Positions 28,871-43,275 of a DNA stretch of 64,000 nucleotides are shown in pieces. The notes beneath the pieces are model-generated. The model had not been told where the DNA came from. It saw only the letters and a program-made list of their open reading frames with translations, and made no database searches. The stretch comes from the human T2T-CHM13v2.0 reference genome, Homo sapiens: NCBI RefSeq assembly GCF_009914755.1, contig NC_060931.1. The stretch is one strand, 5' to 3'. The position numbers and the translations under genes are program-made. Every line of letters begins with the position of its first letter. The first letter of the stretch is position 1.

Positions 28871-30840
28871 CCCCTTCCCACACATCCCCCTGCCTCCTCA
28901 CCAAATGTTTGTCTCAGAGGCACTTCCGAGGGATGGAGGTAAGCCCTCGGACCCTGCCTGGCCCCAGAATCCTGCCTACCATCCCTGCCCACACCAGTCC
29001 GGGCACAGCCAGGACCTGCCAAGAGGAAGGAGAGCACAAAGCTTCAGTTCCAGGCAGAGCTCATGAAATCAACTGGGATTTCCCCAGCTTCGCCGGCCTG
29101 AGCAATCTAAGCGGCACTGGGGAAAGGTCATGATATGAGGGATCTGTGATTTCGGGAATCTGGAAGGAACAGAAAGAGATAAAACCTACGCATTTTCCAA
29201 CCTCTGCATTTTAAAGATAAAGAAACTGAGGCCCAGAAAAAAGAAGTAGGGGCAGAACACGAACAAAAACCTTATTTGTCCACAGTCTATTTTGGTTCTT
29301 AACTTTAAATAATTTATTTAAAAAGCTCAGTTACAGACTTTTTTTAAACTAAAGGGAATAGACTTAACTAGCTTTTTGGAGAGTACCAGGGGGTATGAAC
29401 GCTAAATAGTTGCTAAAAAGACATCTGAACAGAGACTGTCCTTGATCTCTTCCTAGGCCAAAATTTAGGCTTCTAGGGGACCATTCGGGATTTTTTTTTT
29501 TTTAATTCCAGGTCACTGTTATATTACAGCCTATGTGAACTGGGAAAACTAATTTTCTCACCATCAGTGTATCTTTAAAATCACTGGTCAAGGAATAATA
29601 ATCCTTTTTTATTGGTAAAATTTGTTTTAATTATTCATACATTTCAGGGTGAAAACATTATTCTTCTAATTTCAACCCTTGGGCCCAAATATAGTTCCCC
29701 TGAGAATGAGTCATCTATGACATTATAGGTGATGAATGGATAACAGAAATTTGCCCCCTTCCCTCTCCAATCATGGGGCAGCTGAACTACAGAACTTATC
29801 TTCCTAGAAGAAGGCATTTTCCCAAGTGGAATACAAGTTATGGGGGAATGAGGGGAGTCTTCAGGTTCATGGATGTAACATTTTCCATGCTGTGTTCTTC
29901 CTCACTCGTAAAAGTTTGATTTTTAGCATTTGGCATTAAAAAAATCAATCCTGCCTAATGATACCCCTCATTCCTAATCTTTCTTTCCTTTCTTTGGTGA
30001 AAATCTTTGTGGAGTATCAGTTCACATTTTTCATTAGCATTTCTTCTGGGTTTCCTTAGATTTTACAAGTGGTTAAGCAATTAGCATACTTCTTAAACCT
30101 TTAAGCAAATAAATGCTTAGAATAACACAATGTGTAGTCACTACCACAGTGACAATGAAGCCAACTATATTATTTTCATCGGCTCATGGGAAGTGTGTAC
30201 AATCAGTGTCTACAATGAGCATGTGAAAACTTAGAGCTTACATTTTACAATATGAAAAGCACCTTCCAAACATTTGCTCATTGTACCATAATCTTCTCAA
30301 GATTGGCTACACCGAGCAACTCAAACAGGTCTGTGTCTCAGTCATATTATGGCCTTAGTCCTTACCAATGCCTGGTACCTCACAAATGTCTTCTCGACTT
30401 TGTGAAGGGAATGGTGGCTTTCCCTGAACTATTCAGCAGAGATTCAAACTTAGAGGTTACAAAGTAGCTGGTAAGTGTCAGAGTGAGACACAATGCCAAG
30501 GCTGTGGCTACTGGCAGATCATGACCTTGCTTTGAAAAGGGGGTGCTGGAGTGATGAAAAAGTATCTTCAGGTGTGGCTGTGGCCACCTTGGCCACCTGT
30601 GTGTCACTTGCCAATGCAAGGACTTGTCATAGTTACACTGACTGTTAAAAAGAAACAAAGGAACAAAAAGGGAGGCGGGGTCAATTCTGGGAGCTCTTTT
30701 GGGGTAGGAACAGTAGGAAAAATAGAAAATGTGGTTGCTTTAAAAAAAAAATTCTGTGCCATTGTGGTTTCTCCATGGAGGCTCTTTAATTTGTATGTAT
30801 TAATTGTGTAATATAATCCTCCTTGTGGAACCCCGTATCT

Positions 30841-31100
30841 TTTTTTAATTTTTTTGGAGACAGGGTCTTACCTGTCACCCAAGCTGGAATGCAGTGGGGT
30901 GATCCCGGCTCGCTGCCACCTTGACTTCCTGGGTTCAAGCTATCCTCCTACCTCAACCCCCCAAGTAGCTGGAACTACAGGCACATGTCACCACCCCTGG
31001 CTAATTTTTGTATTTTTTGTCCAGACAGGGTTTTGCCACATTGCCCAGGCTGGTCTCAAACTCCTGAGCCCAAGTAATCTGCCAACCTCAGCCTCCCAAA
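30841..31100 (-). mobile_element. 5'-truncated AluJ
   Basis: Ends at cctcccaaa; TSD ggaaccccRtatctt. Confidence 0.9.
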
Positions 31101-31486
31101 GAGGGAACCCCATATCTTCTTTTTAGCTATATATTTTATAAATGTCTAGAGTGTACAACTTTCCTGTGTATTTTTAAAGTTTGATGATATGAGGGTCATT
31201 ACCTATGGTAAATGGCCTATTTTGGTACCTCCTGTGCAGTTTTATAATTCTGCTGATTATGATAGCATCTTATGTTGAGTCAACCACAATAAAGATAGTT
31301 GCAGGGGGAAAAAGAGAGTCACAAGGAGTTTAAGTGTTCCAGTTGGGGAATCTTTGGGATCATCTACAAGATAGAGCATAGTACCATGAGAAGATGAAGA
31401 CAGAGCCACCTCAGAGCCAGCCTCAGCACTGTGGATTCCTAATGCTGCCACCTTTTTGTTGTTGCTGTGGGCATTAAGTAAAAGAG

Positions 31487-32096
<610 letters not shown>

Positions 32097-32704
32097 TCAA
32101 GCCCCAGCATGCCTTTGGCAGAGAAGGTACCCAATTGTACATTCTCTTCCATGATCCTCCTTGAATCTATCTCCATAGCCCCATCAACTATATGGGCTCC
32201 CACATTCAAGGCACCAAATGAGGAGACCCACAATATCATTAACCTCCCCAAGGTCATGACCAGTTTGCAGCAATACTAGGATCAAAATCCCAGGCTTCTG
32301 ACTCATCTTCTGTTCCTTCTCTGGCTCCCTGTTACCAACCCATCTTTCCACCCCTATTCCACCCAGATGCTGTGCCCATTTCACCATGGAAATCAGAGTC
32401 CTCCCTCAAACAAGAACCTACTACGGTCATCATAACTTGCATATTTCACTTAGGATTTCTCTTCATCCTGGCAGCAGTGAGTGCTTCCGCCAGAGCCCAG
32501 CTTTCTCAGGTAGTCACCACACTGGAGGCTCCCAAGGCCCATCACATGGGGAGCTTCTGTGACGCCTGCTGCTAAAAGCCTGTGTTCCAAGAACTGTTTC
32601 CTAGATTCTCATGTTCAATCTAGTTTCTCTGTCTATGGTCAGTTAGCTTCGGCACATAAGCCAGCATTTAAAAGGCGTTCAGGTGGTAAATGATTCTACC
32701 CACC

Positions 32705-32935
32705 TGTGTAATTGAAGAAACAGTCATCTCAGTCATCCGCAAGATCACCCTCAATTCTGACGCCAACTGTAAGGTTTGACGGGTTCTCAAGACTACCCAT
32801 AGGTTTGATAATTTACTAGACAGACTCATGGAACTCACTAAAAGCTGTTATACTCACAATTATGGTTTATTACAGCTACAGGATACAGATTAAAATTAGC
32901 CAAGGGAAGATGCACAAGGCATGAGGACTCTTCCA
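32705..32935 (-). mobile_element. MER21/MER77-like LTR fragment
   Basis: aagctgttatactcacaattatggtttattacagctacaggatacagattaaaattagccaagggaag. Confidence 0.6.
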
Positions 32936-33114
32936 GCCCCAGCTTATCATCTGCCCAGGTCCTCCAGCAAATTCCCTTTCTCCACAAGGAACAGGGCACA
33001 TGGCCAGGGTCCTTCTCAGCTCTCTTCCCTCCATCTCCCATCTTGCTAAGACAGGACCTGTCCCAAGTCTCGCCCTCCCAGGGTCCTGGTAGGGAAGTAG
33101 CAAATTCACTTTGT

Positions 33115-33431
33115 AGAAGGAACTAAGGCATTACAACTAATAACATTGCCAGATGGCATTTGCCCTTTAACAAGGCTCCGAGACCTGACCTCAAAAGAGA
33201 CCAGTGGCAGAAGAGATGCTTCTGCTTTCATAGGGAGTTACCTGGTGCCAACCCCACCCACAGAAGCAAAGAGAAGGAACTAAGGTGTTACAACAAATAA
33301 TGTTGCCAGATGGCATTTGCCCTTTAACAAGGCTCCAAGACCTGACCTCGAAAGAGACCAGTGGCAGAAGAGATGCTTCTGCTTTCACAGGGAGTTACCA
33401 GGTGCCAACCCTGCCCACAGAAGCAAAGAGA
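33115..33431 (+). repeat. 157-bp tandem duplication (2 copies)
   Basis: Units 33115-33271 and 33272-33428; 11 substitutions; AGA junction microhomology. Confidence 0.95.
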
Positions 33432-33878
33432 CCCCAAGAAATTGGCCAGCCCAACAGCTTTATGCCATCTGAACCCTGCAAAAGTCACAGAGATGTAAAA
33501 CAAGCTGAAGAGATTCCATAAGTCACCTGGGGGGGTGCCATGCTCCAGACATTGCAGAGTCTGGTTCTAGAGGCCTGGAGAGGCCCATTGCCTCTGCTTC
33601 ACCTCTGCCTTACCCTGCCTCAGCCATTTTCCCCAGTAGCAAAAGGGCCCTTCTGCCCTCTGCTCCCAAAGAACCTGCCTGAGCAGGCCCAGACCCTGTG
33701 TTCTCCAGCCCAGCATTACCCTGGGAAGTTCGATGGGGGAGGCAGGGACTTCATCTTTTTCATCTCCAAGTGCCACAGTGCCCTGTGGATAACAATGGCA
33801 TCCACAGTGCTTAGTGGACAAGAATGGCATTGCCAGCTCCCCACAGCTGCACCAGCCCTGGCTCTGATCCCAGGCTGC

Positions 33879-33906
<28 letters not shown>
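33879..33906 (+). repeat. Orphan A28 homopolymer
   Basis: No adjacent Alu or L1 body. Confidence 0.95.
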
Positions 33907-33910
<4 letters not shown>

Positions 33911-35121
33911 GGCAGGCCACTAGCACTCACTTATTTCCCAAGGATTAGGTCAGCCCCACACACAATGTCTTCCAGACACTGGGAGAGGCCAGGTGCAGAC
34001 CGCCAGAGATTCAGTGTAAAGCCTGCCAATCGGCCAATACCAGATGTTCAAGATGAAAATCTCATCTTCCCAAATGCTGAAGGGGTCCAGTGGATCAGGG
34101 ACACTTGTCCCCAGGGTGTCCTGGCAGCTGAACTCAGCACCTTCTCTCCCACCTGTTAGCCATGAGGGCAGAGACACCTAGTATCCAAGGGCCAGGAGAC
34201 ACAGCACAGGAGTGGAATGCACTCGACACAGACGATTACCTTTCAAACGCTCCTCCTTCAACATCAGAACAAAGACTAGCCCAGTGGCCCAGACTTCCCT
34301 TACCACTTCCTTTATTTAGGAGGCCATGAACCCAGTCCTTCTTCTCAGCCCTGCCTCTGGGTTCAGGAACCAAGGCTAGACCTGCTTGTAGCTAATATGT
34401 GCCATGTGGCTTTTCATCTCAACTTTGTCACTTATTGTCTGTGACCTTGAGCCTTTTAAACTCTCCTCTGCCGATTACTCCTCTCTGAAATGGGAGTAAA
34501 CTAACTTCCCAGAGAAGTCCTGTGGAGGAGTGAGGTGACACATGCCAAGAAGAGACAGGAACACCTGGAGATGCAGCAAACACTATTTTTATTTCATACC
34601 TGAAAGCAACAGTCTCTCTATGGAGTTGGCTGTGTTGGCTTTTACGCCCATAATGTTTGTGGTCGGATCATGTCTGTATTTAAACTAAACACAGTATTTA
34701 AGCCACCAGAAATAAGAAAACAAAGAGGAGAAAATTCCATCACATAGGTTTTTTTTTTACTTCAGTCTATTCATCCAGATGGTGATAATTAGTGGGCTCG
34801 CCTGTCTGCACCTGTCATTGTTTATGTACGCGTTCTACCTATAGGAATGTGCGGGGAACTTTCTAGACGCATGAAGAGTGATGCTGTGGAATCTGATACA
34901 GCCTACAGTTCTAGGATTCACCCTTGGTTCTTTTGCAGAGTCAAGAATAGTCTTGGTGCTAGAGGGACCAAGCCAGCAAAGATTTGCACTGCCAGCCAAG
35001 GGACTTATTTCCCTGCCTCCAACAGTTTTGCCGTCACTAAAGCTGCTACACATGCTGAGCTTAAATGCCTGCTTATAGCAAAAGCAGCCATGTCAGTCAC
35101 TTAATGTTTCTTAAGAATCCC

Positions 35122-35553
35122 TGTCTTTGTCCATTTTGTTTTGCTATTAAAAGAAAAAAAAAAAACCTGCCACTGGATAATTTATAAAGAAAAGAGGTTT
35201 ATTTAGTTCAGGGTTCTGCAGGCTGAGAAGTTCAAGGGCATGGCCCTGGCTTCTGGCGAGGGCTTTCCTGCTGCATTGACACAGGGAGAAAGGTCAAAGG
35301 GGAAGTGAATATGTGCAGAGAGGGGGAATCCTGAGGGGTCTCCAGCTATATAACAACCCACTCTCATGGGAACAAATCCACTCCTGTAAGAACAGCTCAC
35401 TACTGCCTGAACAGCACCACATCATTCATGCGAGATCCCTCCCCATGACCCAAACACCTCCTGCCAGGCCCCACCTCCCAACATCACCACACCGGGGATC
35501 AAATTTCAACTTGAGTTTTGGTGGGGACAAACAAACCACATCCAAACCACTGC
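35122..35553 (-). mobile_element. MST (MSTB-like) solo LTR
   Basis: ggataatttataaagaaaagaggtttatttagttcagggttctgcaggctgagaagttcaaggg. Confidence 0.85.
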
Positions 35554-36345
35554 AAATCCCATACATACCAGGGCTCCACTCCAGACCCACTGAATTGAAT
35601 CCTTTGGGGATGGTGCCTGAAAAAATTATATTTTAAACACCCAAGGGGTTCTGACACTTGGTTGAGTTTGGGATCTTCTGGACTGGAAGGAACTCTCAGG
35701 CTTTGAGTGGAGACCTTGGATCTGTTCCAGGTTTTGCCAATAACTTTCTGTTGTCCCTGCGTGACTTTGGGCACGTCACTTTCCTGTGTACTGTCTCTAA
35801 GAATGTTGGATTCTGATAAGTCAATTCCCACTTGTGTCCCTGGAGCCCTAGGGTTTCCTCGGAGGCTCCAGAAGTTTCTAAGGGGTCAGTAGAATGAAGA
35901 CAGTAGGTTGGGCTCTGGATTCCCTGCCTCGAGAGTTAATCCTAGGAGCTGCTAAAGGTCTATTTACAAAGCTTCACATGAAGCCAGATCAACATCTGGG
36001 AACATCTGCCTGGGATGCAGGACATGGGCAGCCCCAGAACTAGTTTCAGGTGGCTTACATGGGCATGGTTATTGCAGAAATCACATTTTAAAAGTGTTAA
36101 TCTCATCAAGAGACTTGGACTGTGGCATCTTTATTTCTGTGAGTTGTGACTTTCTCGTCCTTGGAAGTAAGGAGTGAACTAGACTCCACAAACGAGTTTA
36201 ACATTTTGCCCTTCTAATTGTCTACACCAAATCCATGCCTCCCTCCCCTGTGAGCAGACTTTGGTAGAATGTTCCTCATGCCTTCAACCAGGGTGAGCCA
36301 GACGAGCCCCGGGGAACACGATGCATGACCTTGGCCTTGTTACCA

Positions 36346-36703
36346 TGTGCAATGTATTGAATTGCAGACCTCCAAAATTTATATATTGAAGCCCTAGTCC
36401 CAGTATGACTGTACTTGGAGAGCCTTTATGGAGGTGACTAAGGTTAAGTGAGGTCATAAAGGCGGAGTTCTAATTTAATAGGATTGGCGCCCTTATAAGA
36501 AGAGGAAGAGAGAGATCGCTTTCCACTGAAATGTACCGAGGAAAGGCTATGTGAGGACATAGCCCAGAAGAGGCCCTCACCAGAGCCCAGCTATGCTGGC
36601 ACCCTGACCTCCTGCTCCAGCCTCCAGACTGTGAGGAAATACGTTTCCATGGTTGAAGCCACCCAGTCTATGGTATTTTGTTGTGGCTGCCTGAGCTAAG
36701 ACA
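36346..36703 (+). mobile_element. MLT1A-like LTR
   Basis: cagcctccagactgtgaggaaatacgtttc...gcctgagctaagaca. Confidence 0.85.
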
Positions 36704-38070
36704 CCATCACACAATGACCAGGGAGGCTCTTTGGCCGTGGTCAGCAGAGGCAGCTGTGCCACTGCCTGTGGGTGCCACGCCTGCCTCACAGCAGCAACTT
36801 CCTCATAAGAAAGTCTCTGCTGTTATTTAGATGTGTGTCTTGTCTCCCAGACTCAGATACAAGCCCATCAAGGCAGTGAGGTTGACATCTTTTTTTCTGA
36901 CTTGTCTGCAAACCCGTCATGAGGTGGGCATTTTCAGATACTTTCCTGGATGAAGACTTGGAGACCCCGAAGTTAGCAGTTTGTGTTTGGCCCTAGGGCC
37001 TGGAGAGGAGGCCCCTGTGGCAAGCAGTGCCTCCAGTTTCTGGATCTGGGAATTGTGCTGTTTTCCTGGGGGCCTAGGCTCTGGCAACACTCGGCTCTGT
37101 TGAGTGGGGAGGGGAGCAAGCGGCCCTGGCTTCCTCTTTACTACTTGGGCCGTGCAGGCAAGCAGCAGCTCTTGTGGCCCGGCAGGGAGTGTCCTGGTGC
37201 AGTCCGCCTCCCAGTGCGAATGGGAGTGGGTCCCAGAGAGGGCTGGGGAGGGGCTGGGCACTGCAGAGCTGGCGCTTCTCTGCTCCTCACCAGGAGGTCC
37301 TGCGGCCAGGCTGTGATGTACCCAGCTGGAGAGGTGTGGGAATTCTGGGGCACTAAGCATAAGCCAAGTTGATAAAACACAATATTAGCAAGGTTACAAT
37401 TTTGGGGTCTGTTCCTATACTAATCAACTCCTTTAAATCACTTGTCGAGAGCATTTATATTTAAGCACTTTCATAAGTAATATTTATTCTTCACAACCCT
37501 GGGAGGCAGATCTTATCCCTGGTTTATAGGCAGGGAAACGGCCTCAGCTGTGAGTAACCAAACTCACCGAGTTAATGGGGACACCTGCATTCCAGGCCAC
37601 ACCCAGCGTTCTATTTCATCCTAGATCTGCTTCCTAGAGATCAGTAACAGCCACAAGCTGCTCTCCACGCAGCCCCACGCCACACATGGTACCACGCCTC
37701 TGCTATTGGCTTTGGGTTGTGAAATGAACCATTTGGTGGCTCAATGTAAAAATGGGTTTCCCAAATGGAATTCCAAGGAACCCTAACTCCTAGAAAGATG
37801 CTAAAACATACTTCTTTCTTTTTGTTTTCATATAGGATTGTTGCACAGTCATGTTTGGGTAATGCCACGTACAGTCTTTCCTTCTTAGGCAATTATATTA
37901 GCAGTTAAAGGCTCTGAGAAGTTTTGCAATGAAGATGCTGTCATAAGTTTGTCTAATTCAGCATTTGACAACAGAACTGATTTTCCTAGCAACATTTTGG
38001 TCCAGAGAGAAGGTGATGCAAGATGCAGAAATGACTGAGAGTATGGTGAGCACTTGTTCACTACGCCAGA

Positions 38071-38153
38071 AATAAAAGATCATTGAAGTGAGATTGATTA
38101 AAACTACAATCAATAAAAGATCATTGAAGTGAAATTGATTAAAACTACAATCA
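38071..38153 (+). repeat. 41-bp tandem duplication
   Basis: aataaaagatcattgaagtgaRattgattaaaactacaatc x2, one mismatch. Confidence 0.95.
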
Positions 38154-38520
38154 TTGTCAAATAACCACATTTAACTCCTCTCTTAAAACTTGTCACTTAA
38201 GACACTCTGTTAACTAAATCTCTTTAAAGTATTAAATCATGTCATTGTTCGTATGTAAATGTATTTCCATTTGTAGGATTAGCAGATAAAACACCAATTC
38301 TTATTTCTACTTAATCTCATATTCTGTATTCCCCAAATTTACAAAGATATCATTTATAAACTAATACAAAACAAATAATTTAAAATAATCTGCCATCCCA
38401 CAGTTTAGATTTAATAAAAGAGTAGGCAGAGGAGGATGGAGCGAATGGAGGAGGGAGGCAGACTGTGGGAAAACCTCACTGTGTGGTCTACGGTGTGTAG
38501 CTGTAACCTGCAATGCAAGG

Positions 38521-38824
38521 GTTTTTTTGTTTGTTTGTTTTTGAGACGGAGTCTTGCTCTGTCACCCAGGCTGGAATGCAATGGTGTGATCTCGCCTCAC
38601 TGTAACCTCCACCTCCCTCGTTCAGGCAATTATCCTGCCTCAGCCTCCTAAGTAGCCGGGATTACAGGCACGTGCCATTATACCTGGGGAATTTTTTTAT
38701 TTTTAGAAGAGACAGGGTTTCACCATGTTGGTCAGGCTGGTCTTGAGCTCCTGAGCTCAGGCAATCCACTCACCTCTGCCTCCCAAAGTGCTGGGATTAC
38801 AGGCGTGAGCCAAAGTGCCTGGCC
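38521..38824 (-). mobile_element. AluS
   Basis: Antisense dimeric Alu; TSD aatgcaagg. Confidence 0.9.
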
Positions 38825-39189
38825 CCAATGCAAGGTTTTTAAAACCGTGGGCTAAAGAGTGGTTGTTTAGGCGTAGAAGTGCTGGTTTTAGATAAGCAGA
38901 TTTCTGGGTCAGAGACATGCCAAGACTGAGGCCCCAGATCTGACCTCCGTATGTCCCTGTATGGACATACATACTGACCCAGGGAGGACAGACACCAGGG
39001 AGATCGGAGAGGAGACATGAGAAAAAGCAGGACCCATCTTTAGAAACTTAGGTCCACAATGGGGATATAGGGAGAAGACTGCAATGTGATTGGACACTCT
39101 CTGCCACACCTCCAGAGTACACAGGGATTGGCTGGAAACAGAGAGAACATGGTGGTAGTGGTAATGGGAACGCATGTGTACACCCTTAC

Positions 39190-39380
39190 CATGTGCACCG
39201 TTCAATGAGCTTCAAGAGCAACTCATTTAATCCACACAACAACCCTAGGAGGGACCTTCAATCATCCCCATTTTATAGATGGGGAAACTGAGGCAGGGTG
39301 GGCTAAGTAGCTTACCCAACTTCACAGAGCTAGTAAGAGGCTGAACTGGATGTGAACCCAGCATCTGGCTCTCCTGACAG
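39190..39380 (-). mobile_element. MIR
   Basis: atccccattttatagatggggaaactgaggc core. Confidence 0.85.
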
Positions 39381-41186
39381 ATCTAAAGGGCTACAGGGGA
39401 GCAGGCCCCAGAGGCCCTGCAAATGGAGGAAGAGAAAGGTGCAGCTGTCAGCACAGGAATAGCAACCGGCTGTGGACACCCAGTGCGGAACCAAGGGCAA
39501 TCAGCTTTGCCTGGAAAATGATGTCATGGGAATCAGAAGACTTGGGGCTGGGGATGGGGAAGGGTCCAGTTTGAATCTCTCATGTTATCCAGGCAGATGA
39601 GGCCTGGTGGTGGCAAGTTAACTCCCAAGGGCACACAGGTGGCTTGTGACTCAGCAGGGCTGAAGCCCTAGTGTTCCGGGTCCTCATCCAACTTTAGGAA
39701 GGTTGAGGCAGATTCGTGATGAAGGCAGCAACTGGAGTCTGGGGGGATCACATCAGAAAGACCCACTGCCCGGGGGCTGGCAGCCTGGCTTAGCCGGTCT
39801 GGGTTCACAGCAAGGTGCTGGGACTGAAAGGCCTATGTGAGTTGGAGCAACAAGGAGAAAATATTCCTTCTCCCACCTTATGTTGCTCCCTCCCCAACCC
39901 AATGAGGCCCTTGCAGACCCTTACATTGGTTCCTTCCAAGTGAAAGCCTTGAAGCCTGATAAACCAAAATGCAAATACATCACTTGGCTTCGATAACCTG
40001 CAGCTGATTGAGAGGACTTGCTCAGATAATCAGTGAGGATCGGTGGGCCTCCCTGAAGAACTGGAGCATGGTGGATGCTCACAGCATGAGGGCCACCTGG
40101 GCAAGAGGGAGACACAGGGGCGCCAGGAGGAAGCAGGGGCCAGAAAGGAAGACACACACCCAGAGAGCCCCCACTTGCCCCCGACACACACTTGAGCACC
40201 CCTTGGGCAGTCCTGGTGGAGAAGAGCATGTCTGCGCACAGGTGCCGTGGTCTGGTCATCTTTCCTGATGCTCAAAGGAGGAAAAGGAGCATTACAGGTC
40301 CAGTGTCTGCCTGTACCTGTCTCTTCTACCTTTGCTTTGCTCCTTGAAAATCTTTGTCTACTCCACACTCTCTTCCACACCTGCCATCTTCTTCCTCTAC
40401 TGGTTTCTCTCCCCTAACACCACTCCCCCACACTCTCCATCCTCTCCTTGCTGCCTCCACCCTCCTCCCTGGAAGCGGGAGGCCAGCAGAGTTGGGGCTG
40501 TTGAGAATGTGCAGCCAGGGGACTGTGGAGCAGCGCCAAGAGTAGTACCCTGAATGCTGCGGGCATGCAGGTGAGACGCCCAGAACAGCGCCCGGGACGT
40601 AGGCTGTTTTCCAGTCAGTGTTCTGCCAAGGACAAGAACACAGAGGCTCAACTTAACCTTTAATATATTGTTAAAAGGCCAGAGTGCCCCCCAGTGTAAT
40701 GGTGCCCCCAGTTTACTACCCGGGAGAGGAGTGGGCAGCTGCAAAAGGGATGTTGCCAGTTCAGATCCAAAGCTTGTCCCTCTATGGCTTAGTTCTTAGT
40801 TTCACACACATCTCTCGCAAAATGACATCTCAGGTACCACCTCAATTGCCCTCAGGTGCTCTGGGAGGTGTGCATGGGCCAGGGCACGAGATGCAACCTG
40901 ACAGCCCATTGGATTAATAGAAAGGGGGTCTGAGTTATTTTTGTGATTTCAAGAAGACTACACATGCAAAAGAATAAAGTTAGACTCCTCCCTCCCTTTA
41001 TATACAAAAATCAACGTAAAATAAATTACAGGCTAAATGTAAAAGCTAAAACTATAAAATTCTTAGAAGAAAGTATAGGCATAAATCTTCATGACCTTGA
41101 TTTGTTAGATGTGATACCAAAACCAGGAGCAAAACGGAAAGATACATTGGAATTCATAAAACTTAAAACTTTTGTACTGCAAATGA

Positions 41187-41744
<558 letters not shown>

Positions 41745-41902
41745 TAAACCAAAATTGCAATGTAATACCACTTCACACCAACTAGGATGGCTAAGTTCAG
41801 AAAGAAGGTCAGTAAATACTGAGGAGAATGTGGAGAAATTAGAACCTTCCACACTGCCAGTGGCAATGTGAAATGCTACAGCCGCTTCAAAAAAACAGTT
41901 TG

Positions 41903-42040
41903 GGACTGGGTGCAGTGGTGCACACCTGTAATCCCAACACTTTGGGAGGCCGAGGCAGGAGGATGGCTTGAGCATAGGAGTTCAAGACCAGCCTGGGCAA
42001 CACAGTGAGACCCTGTCTCTTTTTTAATAAAAATAAATAA
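41903..42040 (+). mobile_element. FLAM in L1
   Basis: Left monomer only; TSD aaaaacagtttgg. Confidence 0.85.
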
Positions 42041-42877
42041 GAAAAACAGTTTGGCAGTTTCTCAAATTTTTAAGCACAGGTACCATGTGACCCAGGAATT
42101 CTACTCCTAAGTATGTACCCAAGAGAAATGAAAACTAAGGTTCACACAAAAACATGTACACAAATGTTCATAGCAGTATTATTCATAATAGCCAAAAAGT
42201 GGAAACTATCTAAATGTCCAACAGCAACATGTGATATCTTCACACAATGCAGTATTATTTGAAATAAAAAGGAATGAAGACTGATACATGCTACAACCTG
42301 GATCGACCTTGAAAACATTGTGCTAAGTGAAAGAAGCCAATCACAGAAAAACCACATATCCCATGATTCCATTTCTATGAAATGTCCAGAACAGGCGAAT
42401 CTCTAGAGACAGAAAGGAGATCCGTGGTTGCCAGCGAATGAGGACTACAGGTGAAATGGAGGTGACTAATGGCCGTAGGGTTTCTTTTGGGATGATGAAA
42501 ATGTTCTAAAATTAGATTGTGGTGAAGGTTGAACAACCCTGTGAATATCCTACAAGACATTGAAATGCACACTTGAGAGAGCTAGACTGCATGGTATGAG
42601 AATTATATTTTAAGAAAGCTGTTTTGTTTTTGAAAAAAAATTCATGAAATTGATATAACCTCATTTTAAAACTGGACAGTCCAACTTAAATGCAAATTGT
42701 GCTTTTGTCTGAAACCCCTCAGTTTTGAAATACTGTGGGTCTCATATTGACTGTAAGTTGATTCGTGGAACTATTAGTGGATGCTTTTCACTCAAACACT
42801 TGAGGATTTTTTTTTTTACCTTCTGTCAAGCCTTGTGTTAACATCACTGAAATAAAGTCAGAGAGAAATGCATTAAG

Positions 42878-42931
42878 GGGCCCCTGTGATCCCGCCTGGG
42901 TGGGAGAGCAAGACCCTGTCTCAAAAAAAAA
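42878..42931 (+). mobile_element. Micro-Alu (truncated, internally deleted right arm)
   Basis: 18-bp TSD agagagaaMtgcattaag at 42860-42877 and 42934-42951. Confidence 0.8.
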
Positions 42932-42963
42932 CGAGAGAGAACTGCATTAAGATACAGGTGGCT

Positions 42964-43275
<312 letters not shown>

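Noticed and set aside
36917-37372. Overlapping 147-aa and 129-aa ORFs in a GC-rich block
   Set aside because: Open in several frames on both strands, as expected from GC content; no recognisable domain.
40684-40712. CTCF-like gtgccccc motifs
   Set aside because: Mismatches at core positions.
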